A DNA stretch of 62,672 bases, filler included, from Sluysia triapertura (Eukaryota): assembly GCA_046118255.1 (NCBI GenBank). It is 5 parts of 5 records of this genome, joined end to end, with 100 filler letters (N's around TTAATTAATTAA, not from the genome) between each part and the next. Parts side by side here need not be neighbours in the genome. Positions count along the whole stretch, not along the records: positions 39,356 to 51,127 come from JBJNIA010172034.1; positions 51,228 to 62,672 come from JBJNIA010184646.1; 3 more parts are not named here. One strand, 5' to 3'. Both the position numbers and the translations under genes were made by a program. Each line of letters opens with the position of its first letter. Positions within the stretch are counted from its first letter, which is position 1. A model generated the notes under the pieces. The model ran no database searches. It saw only the letters and a list, made by a program, of their open reading frames with translations, and was not told where the DNA came from. This document shows, one piece after another, positions 39,356 to 51,630 of the stretch.

Positions 39356-41411
39356 GGTTTCTGACTTGAAATCCTTCATTTTCATTTTCATATGAATAAA
39401 AATTTACAAACCCGAGAAATTAAGAAGGAATGCAATTTTTATAACTTTTTTTAATTGCGAATATATTCTTGTAATGGACAATAAGAATGATTACAAAAAA
39501 TTTATACTGAAAACTAACGGTTATTTAATTGGTAATGACTTCGACGGAATTTACAAAAATTTGTGCAGTTTGTAAGAAAATTTTTTTGTGAAAGTTATAA
39601 TAATCAACTTAAATTGAATATGTCTAATCAAATATAAAACTTATTTCAAATAATGACTTTTGATGCAATGCGATACACGTTGTATAAAATGATATCTTCG
39701 TGAGCATTAATTATATATGTATACTTTTATAAGTATAATTACTATAAATCATAGAAGAAAATTAAAGAAGAAAATTAATAAAGAAGAAAATTAATAAAGA
39801 AGAAAATTAATTGAAGCTAATGATTTTATGTTATTAACGTTGACATGCTTCGCATCATCTCGGTATTCATAACATTAATAAATGTTATCATTATATTTAT
39901 AGCATGTACTGTTCTCTCATTTGTAAACATCACACACAAAGTTATTAAATAAAAAAATGATTATCAAATAATTTTAATTAAATTAATATATGGATGTATT
40001 TATATATCTTTTCGTAAAATTTTACAAAATATTGATCCTTTCACCTTACAAACAACTCTTGTGTCTTTAGTTTAAATTAATAATAATTCAATAACAAAAT
40101 TAAATTAGTCTGAAATCTCGATATATTTTTAATAATCCCAAAATAAAATACAAATTATTACTATCATTTATTTTTAACATTAATATAAATCAATTAAATG
40201 AAACATAATATTTAAATCCACAATAACAAACTTAAATACTGTGTTAGCATCCGCATAATTAAATTATCTAACCAGAATCACTTATAAAGTTTATTCAATT
40301 ACTAAAGATAAACCTTCAATCGAAACGCTTATCAGAATAGACATTTCTACGACAAGCAAAGTTATACTTTAATAATGTACTCTGCTACTTATGAGTGAGT
40401 TTGTAGCAAAAATGCCATAGTTTGTGTAGCAGTTAAATAACTACTAAAGTGATTAGAATTTGGAAATTCGAAGTATAATTACTTATTCTTTTGAGTCGCT
40501 GAATTTTATTGATCAATTTTCAACAATAATTTCAGTCAAATTTTTGTCAGCTTCCAATTTATCAACTCCCAGCAATTACCTAAAAATAATACTCGTGTGA
40601 CAGAGCTTTATGATGATTGTATTTTGATATTCAATTTATAATTTTTTAAACTTACATTGAATAAGCATTTGCTGCGGCTTTACAAAAGATTTTATTGACA
40701 ATCTTATTAGAATAATAAATCCTTAACCTTTATATTATATAACATTTTAGGACCGAAATTATAGTAAAATTTCTTCATTTAGCATGAATCAAAGTCGGAA
40801 TTCGATCGAGACAATATTTTTTCATAGACTTTCTAATAATCTATTATTTATAAGTTAAAAGGTGCTGTTTTTACTTGTGTAAATGAGGCGAACTATCCCT
40901 GCAAGAATAAAAAATTTAAGATCAATAATTTATATGATATCGGAAGATTAGAATACAATTGAATAATAGAAAAATTAACGTACTTCAGATTATTGTATAG
41001 CTTATTTATGATAATTATCTATTTTGACTCTTCATCTTTAGCATCATTCATCTTTACATTATACAGCTTATCTGTAACATTATCTGCTTCATTTCTTTAT
41101 CTTCGACGTCGTTTATGGAATAAATTCGGCAATTTCATTGTAATCATGTTCGCCATGATCATGAAGCTTTTAGGTAATGTTATTTATTACTATTCTGGCC
41201 AATAATTTTAGTCGCATGAAATTTTATTTGTGAAATGTTTTTTCTGGCTTCGATCCTATTTGCTGTTAATTTATTGTATCTATCAAAATTCTAATTACCA
41301 AATTTGTTGCATTCACATAAGCATACAAATGCATGCATTGCTTTTTCGACCTTTCGGTATCTATTAAATTTACATAAGAGGACATAATGGTTATTTAATT
41401 ATTATTGGTTA

Positions 41412-41467
<56 letters not shown>

Positions 41468-44379
41468 GATTATGATTTTATTATTTTATTGTAACTTTAT
41501 TATATTTGTTAAACTTATTGTTACTATTTCTTATTATTTATTTCTTTATTAATACTTTTTTTTCGATTTAATCTTAGCTACATATCTTCATAATGCTAAA
41601 TAATTCATTGATTTTCTCTATATCTTTTAATCAACTATTTGAAATGTGCAGTTATTTCATTTCAATTGTATTGCTATAAAAATGAGTTATTTACTAAGTT
41701 GTTTACATGCCTGGTATTCGCATAATTTGGTGATAGACTTTTCAACTATCCTTATTAAATAAACTTGCACACTTAATTCAATATATTTTCCAGAAGTACT
41801 TAAATTTGTTTGCACATTTGGTAACACATCATTGTAAATTTGCAAAGTCTTTATTAATTCTTCTTTTTTATCTTTCATAAAGACATGTCTTTTACGTTCT
41901 AATTTGACTACTACTACGTTTTCAATCTTGATGATCTCCTTCATCTTGTTTAAATAACAATTCATCATGTTTACAACAAAATTGAATTTCAGTTTATTTT
42001 TTTTTGTCTTAGTTTCTAGTATCATTACTTTTTCTAAGAAATTTCATTAGATTCTATCATTTATTAACTTCTTGTGTTAAATTCTCATTAGCATTCAATA
42101 ATTCTTGTTTACGTTGTTCCAATTCATTAAGAATTTGAATAAGTAACTTGCTTAGGATTCAAATTTTGATTCAAAATTTCCTATATTATTAAAATTATTA
42201 AGGAAATTTCGATAATTCTGTATTTTGTTTTTACAGTCATTAATTTGATTGGTTAGGTTCGGTCTGATTAATTTATCTGGACTGTCGTAAGACTGTGTAA
42301 ATTTTGGTGTAATTTGTAGAGCAATAATAGAGAGGGAAGTTAACACAGAAATTTAAGAAAAACTAGGCTTGCTTTTAGAGAAACTTCATTATCATATAGT
42401 TTAATTGTCTTGTGGAGTTATTTTAGAGTTTAAAAGGTTTTATCTGGTGAAGTGTTTAAATGTTTAACTGGTTGTATATATGGTTTACAGTTTCGATTGT
42501 TGTGTTATCGTAATGTGTGATATTTTAGTTGCTTTTATAAATAAAAATTCTAAGTAAGAAGGTTAAACAAACACAAATAATATTATAAAATGATAATTAT
42601 AGATAAGATGTAAGTAGGGCCGGATTAAAGCCGATTGGAGTATCGCAGGATGCATGATCAATCAATAAAGTTACAGTATAATAATAAAAAGTGACAAATA
42701 TTAAATTTCAACGCGAAGCACTTTTAAAATATGCGCAATGTAAAAGCCATAGTTGATACATAAATTATTTATCATTATTCTAAAATATAGTTTGCATTTT
42801 TCGACTCCGTATCTCATGTTATTTAATTTCGTGAAAGACGGTTTGCTCGAAATTCTTTTGCAAGCATCAGATGAAAATGTTTCTTTTTTGATTTTACATA
42901 TATTATTGAGGTAAAAATGTGCTCCTGACACCATTTATTTGGTGTTAGAATATGAGATGTAGTTTCATTTAAATTCGTAAAGTCAATTAATGTTTTAAAA
43001 GGTCGAATGTGAATTAATTTATACATATCCATTAGTTTATTAAAAACAAATTTTGTTAGATATATATATCTGAAATTTTTATGAGTAAATTATCGTTTGT
43101 AATAAATATAAAGCGAAAACATGAATGTTTATTATTCAAATTGTGAGATTTAAACTTTGTGACATATAAATTTATAAGTTAAATTTTGTATTATTCATTT
43201 TTCGATACGTTGTTAAACAGTTCTGTTGTAGATTCCTAAGACATAAATAATAAGGATAAAAGTTATTATGATCAATAAGGTAAATTACAATTACTTTAAA
43301 AATTTTCTTGACTAGATGATGATTGTTGACTTTGAGCTGAATAACTGAAAACCATTATGTTTTAGTTTGCTATAACAATGACTAGTATGTAATGCCGTCG
43401 CAGGTTGTATATTCTTTGTTTGTGTTGATCAATTTCTGGTTCGTTGCAGTTCATTTGATAGATGTCTAAGTAATACGGACAGAATGCGCCGTATTTTATA
43501 CATACTCCAGGTGCATCTAACTGAGATAGACATTGTGCCATGCGTTTCAGTTTAGGTGAAATAGCTTTAGATTTTACCCGCTCTTGAATCTTTTGTTTTG
43601 AATTGTAATGGTCAGTTTGGCATATCGTATCACAGTTTAAAACATTGTCTGCCATTGGTAATTGGGGAACACTTTCAATACACGCGGATTGCTTGTACAA
43701 TGTACGATGAAAAACACGCTCTCGTACTGATACATTATCAAATCTTTTAATTGTAAAGGATAACTAGGAATGGTGTAAAGTCGACTTTTGAAGTTTGAGA
43801 ATTTTCTAACTAAGGACATAATACTTATTTTGACAAATTAACAATAGTGAGAGTTAAAACATTTAGCTTCTTATTCATCATGCATAAGAGAATTGTTAAC
43901 AAAGGTAATTCATTTAATATTGTTTCATTACTAATTCTATGAAATAGATATGACATAATCATTAAATAATGTTTTTGATTAGGTTGACATATATTACCTC
44001 TTTGGCATTTGGATTGAGTAGGCATAATTTGTAGTTTATTAACAATAATATTACGATCTTTATGGATTGAAAGGTGTATTACTTTGATAACAAAAGACTC
44101 AGGAGTTCAATATGAACTTCAATCATATCTGAGAAAAGAGAAAAATCATATTTCGAGTCAATGTCATACAGGAACTGATTTTCCATCTTATTAAAATTAA
44201 ATGTTACTGTTAGGTTGTCATCACAACCCTCTAAAATGATTTTAAAATGATAAAATAATAGCTTAAAATTAATTCAACATATTTAGAATTATCAAAAAAT
44301 TAATTAAAAACATAAAATATATTAAAATCAATTATTAACTTGTAAGATTACTCTAAAAACAATTATTTTCCAAAAAATA

Positions 44380-45219
44380 AATGTATTTTCCAAAATAGGA
44401 AAATTTATTTTTCAAAAAAGAAATTATTTTCTAGAAAAGAAATTAATTTTTCCAAAAAAGAAAATACAATTTCGAAAATAGAAAATAAACTTCTAAAAAT
44501 AGATTAGAAGTTTCTAGAATGTTCTATAATATTTTAGAACATTCCATTGATTTTCATTGGATGATGACTAGTATATAAACTGGCATCATACAATGAAAAT
44601 CGCCATTTGTATTTAATCAGCCATCTTGTATCAATCAATCGTAGTTAATAGTCGCCATATTAGTTATTTTCATCAGTCACCATTTTGGATTTTAATGCCT
44701 TCGAACTGATCGCGATAATACTGGAATTTGGATATCGATTTTGGAATTTGGTAATTTATATATTTGTAAGGTTTGATTTTAACTTTTGAAGTTAAAATCT
44801 TAAAATACACTTAAATTATCTAATAATTTATAAAGTTTTATAAATCCCCGATATATTGAGGGGTAAACTCAACGTAAATTTTGATTAAAATTAGATTAAA
44901 CGCTCTCGGAGCTTTAATATTTAATAAAATTTGTTTCGTTTTATTTTTATACTCTATTCTCTTTGAATTTAATAACGTTTTTTGTAGATTTTGTCTAATA
45001 AAATAATTTAATTTTTTGCGTTAATTAATTAGTAGATTATTGAGTTTATTTAGTATTTGATGACCCTCCTAAGTTAATTTATTTAGTAGAGATATTATTT
45101 TTAAGTAATCTTTAACTTATTAGTTACAGGAGTGCCAACGATACGTTGTAAGATGCTTACTGTAACCGAACTCTGCTAAAAAATATATTGCCGTAGGTTA
45201 AGTGTTAGAAAACCACAGC

Positions 45220-45270
<51 letters not shown>

Positions 45271-46040
45271 TGGCTGTCATCACAACTATTAAAATTATTG
45301 ATTTACATAAACGAAAATGAATTTTGCATAAAAAGAAAACAAATTTTCGAAAAAACAAAATACGGTTTTCTAAAATAGATATCGAAAATTCTAGAGTATT
45401 ATAGAATTTTCGAGAATCTTCCTCAATCTTGATTGGTTGATGGCTAGTATAGGTAATGGCCTCAGTTTAGTTTTCGTTTAATTTAGTTTAAAAATTTGTT
45501 AATCGAATTTGGAATTTTCTTGATTTAGAAAATTTTAATTTAGTAAGTTTTTTATTAATAAAGTCAATACTCTAATATATAAATTAGTATAAAGTAGAAT
45601 ACTCTAATATACTTATATTATTTCTAGTCAAAACTTTTATAACCCGATGTAATTAAGGGAAATTTTATTATTAAAATCGCAGTTTGTAACAAATTAAATA
45701 CATTTATAGGTTTTAATTTAAAAATTTCATTCGCTTAATTCTTGAATATAATGTGTAATAACTATTTACTGCACAAAGTCTTTAAAATTGTAATTTTATA
45801 TTGTTTGGAGAACCACTTTGCTTTCGCCAATTAGGATTATATATTATAAAACTTTGATGAAATAAATTAGAATTTCATTTACATTTCGATTTTAAGCTAA
45901 TTAATCTTTGGAAAAAATTGGTGCAAAAGTTAAGTGTCTAAATCATTATTTATAGTTACAGAAGCGCCAACTTTACGTAGCCGAATCCTGCTCAAAATTA
46001 TTTTGCTATAGGTTAGGAGTTAAGAAAACCGTGGCAGTAA
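44380..46040 (+). mobile_element. Composite repeat family R2, tandem units with promoter cassette
   Basis: Internal duplication (45121-45220 resembles 45953-46040, and 44500-44600 resembles 45380-45470). Homology to 20240-21510 and 51229-51630. Confidence 0.7.
44506..44660 (+). promoter_or_regulatory. HSE array, inverted CCAAT, TATA box and CGCCAT motifs
   Basis: aGAAg tTTCt aGAAt gTTCt ataat aTTTt aGAAc aTTCc (44506-44545), ATTGG at 44556, TATATAAA at 44572, (C)GCCAT at about 44601, 44620 and 44653. Confidence 0.6.
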
Positions 46041-48059
46041 TATTTCAAATCTGTAATATTCCACAAATAATTAACCCGCATGAAATTAATTTTTTAAAAG
46101 TAATTTCAAAATTGAAAATAATAAATATTATTTATTTAGAATAATTATTTAGAAAAATTATATAAAATATTTAATTACAATTTACATTGAAGTATGCGTA
46201 AATTTTGTAATATAAATATCAATAAATCGTGTTATTTTTCATTTCAATTTCGTAAATTTACACAAACCTTTGGACAAAACAAGCTTTTTATTACCGCTTG
46301 TTTTTGCTGATATGGTTTACACCATTTTAAAAGGTGTTAAAATACACTTAAACTTATACTGTAATTGTTTTCACTGGGCATTTAAATATCCTATTAAAAT
46401 GAGTTCATAAAATTAATATTTTTTCTTTAAATTCTTTTGAAGTTTAAAATCAGAAAATATAATATAATAATAAAATCACCTCAGATAACCTTAACTTAAA
46501 ATAAAGAATAAGAAATCTAAAAATAATTTTACCTCATTTGACCCAGTATCCGAAATAGAAAATAAGTAGATTTGGACCTGAATAAATTACTAATTACTAA
46601 TTTACAAAAAGAAAATAAATAAATTAATAGATTACTTGAGAATTGCCAAAAATCAGGTATATAAGAAGTAATATTTTGTATTAAAGAACACGATTTAGTT
46701 GTCTAAAGATGCATTTTTGGTTTTCAACTAATTAAAGGATCCATGATCAAATTTTGGATGCCTATCTCCTATACCAAAAATTCATTCAGTCTTACAAAAA
46801 TTTAATTCCCTAAGTTTATTTCATTTAAGATTTTTCTTACCTGATTGTAAGATATAAAATATTCGTAAACTATCTAAAACATTTAGCTTTTTTAATGTAA
46901 TAGCTTTAAAGTCATTGTTTAAACTAATAGTTTTAATTCATTAAACCTAGTGATATAAAATTATTGTATTCATTTCACCTTTTGAGGATAGCACGTTTTT
47001 ACCAAATTTTTTATAAACCAATTTCATTTTAGTTAATAGAAATTCTTAATCTTATATATTGCGTTGATTTATTGATAAATAAAGCTGTTAAAAGCAAAAT
47101 TAATAAATCCTACGAGTGTGTCTTTCTTAGGAATTTAAATCGTAAAAAACTGTAATGAGTTATTTTGCAAAGATTAAATAAAAGAAAATACTACCAATTC
47201 TAATTGGATACAAAGCATTATATTTTAACAAATCTCGCACAAATTTCATAGAAACATTTTAGTTTAAAATTTTGCTACGAAAATTTATCAATTTCTTGTC
47301 CGATCTATTTCTTGTCGGAACTATTTACTCCTTGGAAATAAATCGTAAACACTTACTAAAAATCTACTTTAAAAAATTTTCAAAAATCACATTTAATGAG
47401 GGTTAATAAAATCATTTAAAATTTTAGTAATTAAAAAATTAAATGCCTAAAATGCTTTAATTTTAAATTCTCATAAAACTTCTCTTATAATAGCAACTAA
47501 ATATTCTGAAACTTTTACATTGATTGTATTTCACACAACCATTTAAAATCACTAAATTTATTAGAAAAAATCATTTAAAATAGTTAATTTCTATAAAAGA
47601 AAGTTATTTTCAAAAAAAGAAAATAATATTTTCTGAAAAATATCTCAAAAATACTAGCATCAGTTTAGTTATCATCACAATAAATCTTATTATTTACACT
47701 CATAAAATTAGTATTACGATTTAATCTTATTACTATTAATTTAAGCAATCCAAGAGGCAAAAACAAAGTTATTAATTCGGATTTTAGTATCAAGTGGTGA
47801 TCGACCACATTTTTTCTAGTTTACTTAGTAAGTCATTTTATATAAGATCGTTTGGTGTTTGATGTCGCAATATTAAAATCAAACGCAAAATCATTTTGGT
47901 TTATTTTTCAACCCCGATTTAATGAGAGAAAAAATTATATCTAAAATTATAACGAATTAAAATTAAACACCTTAAAATATTTTAATTTTATTTTTAAACA
48001 ATTTAAAAACTTCCTAATGTTGTAATAAATATTAAGTGTTGCCTTGTTGAATTAAATAA

Positions 48060-48740
48060 GAGACACGAAAATCTTAAATGTAAATCAAGAGGGAAACTTA
48101 GTCACAACGCTAGTAAGAGAAGACATGGCCAAAATGTCCTTAGCAATATGGTACTGTGGACACCACAGTTACTCTTCGATTATAGAATTACCAAATACAC
48201 CTAACCCCCGATTTACACGGTACTTGTTTTATACGTTTTCGTTTTACACGGTTTTCCAAATAAGTTTTTTTTACATTTTCTCAGGAACGTATCTACCGTG
48301 TAAATCGAGGGATAAATAATTTATAATATTAGGACTGCAGGTAATGTGAAAGAGGAACTATAGAATATGAAGGTAAAGTTAATCACAACGTAGTTGTCCA
48401 AGAAACTTGCGTAATAAGTTTAAAATCATGTCTATATAAATTAATAATAGGCATGAATATTATTAGCGGATTCGACGATATAGTCATCCATGGTAAGTAC
48501 GGCTTTGTAAAATTACCACATGGATCACGAATGATAGTATCTCAAATAGTTGTTTCTCAATCTGGAGAAGAATTGACAGTATGGCAAACATTTATTATGA
48601 ATTCAGATTCACAAGGAATAACACAAATGCCTGATTCCTTGGTATCAACTCCAGAATTACTTATCCTTCATATCCTAACCTATCTATGGAACTTTCATCA
48701 GAAGAAAGTTCAGACTCATAGGAATAGGTTCAAAACATCG
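48060..48740 (+). mobile_element. Decayed LTR-retrotransposon gag-knuckle/aspartic protease remnant
   Basis: CKSRGKLSHNAS (eroded knuckle), VDTTVT (DTG-like) and LIIGMNII (ILG.D-like) in the expected order, across frameshifts. Confidence 0.45.
48198..48318. mobile_element. pogo/Tigger-type MITE
   Basis: TA|cacctaacccccgatttacacggta ... taccgtgtaaatcgaggg inverted termini. Confidence 0.75.
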
Positions 48741-51127
48741 TAGTATTATGATACTTAAAGCTACTGAAATACATAAAGTAAAACATTTTTATTGAGTAAA
48801 AATAATTTTATTACTTTTTCTATGTTACTACCTGCTTCAGCTATAGAATTGACAGAAGAAGATGATTTTAGAAATATAAATATTGCGATTAACGATGGAC
48901 AAAAGATATAAAAGACAGAAATTACAAATATTTATAACCACAATTGGAAAATGGAATTCGTTTCGAAGAGAATTATATTAAGGCATATGTTTGAAATCTA
49001 TTGTATTTACTTCAATCCATTACTTATATGAAAACCACATCATAGTGATAATGTTCCGCATTCTTTACATTATGCTTATCGTTCCATGTTGATAGATTTT
49101 GTGGTGGTTCACTTAATAATTCAAAATTTAATATTATATATAAAAAATTTTCCATCCACATAAAACAGAGAGTAATGTCTTAAATAATATTTACATATTA
49201 GCTAAACAATCAATCAAAATACATTAAATTCATCCATCACAACTCATCATAACACACTTCCTACAAAAGCAATAGCATCTACTTTAATATATACTTTACA
49301 AGATTTAATAGGTTTTTATTAGCATTGATTGTGCACAATAGTTTTTTTACTTAGATTCAATTATGAAGAATTTATGTATATAATTTAATTACTGTTGTGT
49401 ATTGGTACCTTAGTAATTAGTATTATTTTAAGTTACGTTCTTTGTTTTTATAAGCGAGTTGTGATTAATAAAGAAAGAGCTACATAAGTTCATGTTTCTG
49501 CTTTACTTAAAAATTATTATAACATTGAAAGACCGTCATTGTTCACAGTTTATAAAGCCACAAAATAGAAGTCGAAATCTACCACATCACGTTATGTCCA
49601 ATCTGTCTCCGAACTCTCAAAAAATATCGCGCTACCCCCAAGCCCTGTACTCACAGTTTTCATTCTCACTGTCTTTTCTTCCTTTTTGATTCTTCTCTTA
49701 CACCTTTTTCTACTTGCTCGACGTGTTGGGACAGAGTTAAGAGTTGTGACATCTACTATAGGAAGAAAATTAGACTCTTTTACCTACATTACTAATACTA
49801 CAAGATCACATAATCATTCACCTAATACATCAGGTCACAATTGCTCTATCGTTATCACGTAACCACCGATAAAAATATGAATGCCTTCATTAGACACAAT
49901 AAATTAAAGACCCGTTCCTATTCCGTTACCAAAATCACAAAAACGAAATAGGCGCTGTATGCAGTTAAAACATTTTTATAAAACAACCGATAAACTTAAA
50001 GCCAACGCTCCAAAACCGAACAACCCTTTTTAAGAAACGATAAAGATAAGTTTTGGTCTTTCTTAAAATCTTTTATATAATCACCTAATTTAATCGTAAA
50101 TAAAAATCTATATTTATAAATTACTCGTGGATCATTATTTAATTATATGTACCATTTATTACTTTTATTACTCTTTCTTTCATACCAAACTCTAATTTGA
50201 CGCCTCCTTCAATTTATATGGCCCACCACCGACTTCTCCTCACATCGACAATTCAAGCACAATAACGGACACAACACCGCTTCATTGGTCACACATAAGC
50301 AGATACAACCGCAGACAATGTGGACAGCTAAATGATTAACTATTTGAATGATTAGTTGATTGATTATATGATTGACTATTTGAACATCAACTATATTCTG
50401 ATTTGATTTATGTTTTGTTTGAGGACAAATCTCCCCGTTATGGGATGTATTTGTAAGGTTGTAAATTAACATTTTTGTATAAAATTTATATTTTTTATTT
50501 TATGTTTCGTGTATTTATTAAAAAATTATAAATATTATAAATTTTATCGAAAATTGTAAATATTATTAAAATTAAAAATACTACAAAAAATTATAAAAAT
50601 TATTTTTACTTAAAAAATTATAATTAAAATTTAATTATTTTAAATTTGTTAAAAAAGAATATTCTAGAAGCAAATAGTTTTAATTAATCAAATTTATTAA
50701 TATGACTCTTTATAGTCATTGTAATATATTGTTAACATTAATAATATACACATCAACACAATTATGGTAATACACACTTTGATTTTTCATTACACACTTT
50801 GGTTTTTCATTAATTTATATATTAATATTGATTTTTCATTTGATTTATTGATTTTAGTATACATTTTATTATTATCTGATTTATTATTATCTGAAATAAT
50901 TTATATTACATTTTGGATTATTTTAAAAAGTATGTATTTTAATTTTATTAATTTAATTTTAATTTCAATTATTTTAATTTTAATTTTTAATTATAAATAA
51001 ACGTGACAATAATCATTTTAAATTTAAAGACAATAATTATTAAAAAACTTTTAATTTTTAGTTGTTTTAATTTGACCTCTCAGGGTCAAGTTAAAACAAT
51101 ATTTAAATGAAAATTTTTCGATGTAAA

Positions 51128-51227
51128 NNNNNNNNNNNNNNNNNNNNNNNNNNNNNNNNNNNNNNNNNNNNTTAATTAATTAANNNNNNNNNNNNNNNNN
51201 NNNNNNNNNNNNNNNNNNNNNNNNNNN
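51128..51227. other. Artificial contig spacer
   Basis: N44-TTAATTAATTAA-N44. Confidence 0.95.
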
Positions 51228-51228
51228 G

Positions 51229-51630
51229 GAATAATAATTAAAATAAATGAGATTTTGAGTATATTTTGTAATTTCAACTTCGAAATTTGAAATTTACCTT
51301 AAACAATGTGGAAAATAGAATTCCCAGAATTGTTGTTGATCTGTAGTAAATGTCAGATTATGAGGTTATTGAATCCACTAGTAATTTGAAGGGGTTAACT
51401 GTAAAATTAAAAATAACGGACACAACAAATTTTATAAAATTTCTACAAAAACAAAAATGGCGATTTTCTCTAATCTGACTCTAGTTTATATATACGAGAC
51501 ATCAGCCAGTAGGAATCTATGAAGTGTTTTAGAACATTCTAGTAGCTTCTATTCTATTTTTAGAAGCGAATTTTCTTTTTCTGAAATTTTATTTACTTTT
51601 ATCGAAAAATAATTTCTTTTTGGAAAATAA
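51229..51630 (-). mobile_element. R2 repeat copy, inverted
   Basis: aataattaaaataaatgagattttgagt matches 20600-20628. Contains aaaatggcgatttt, ctagtttatata and gttttagaacattctag. Confidence 0.7.

Noticed and set aside
42950-43000. LIDFTNLNETT resembles the RT motif IDYRxLN
   Set aside because: No downstream RT motifs. The 41687-44025 ORFs remain unassigned decayed sequence.
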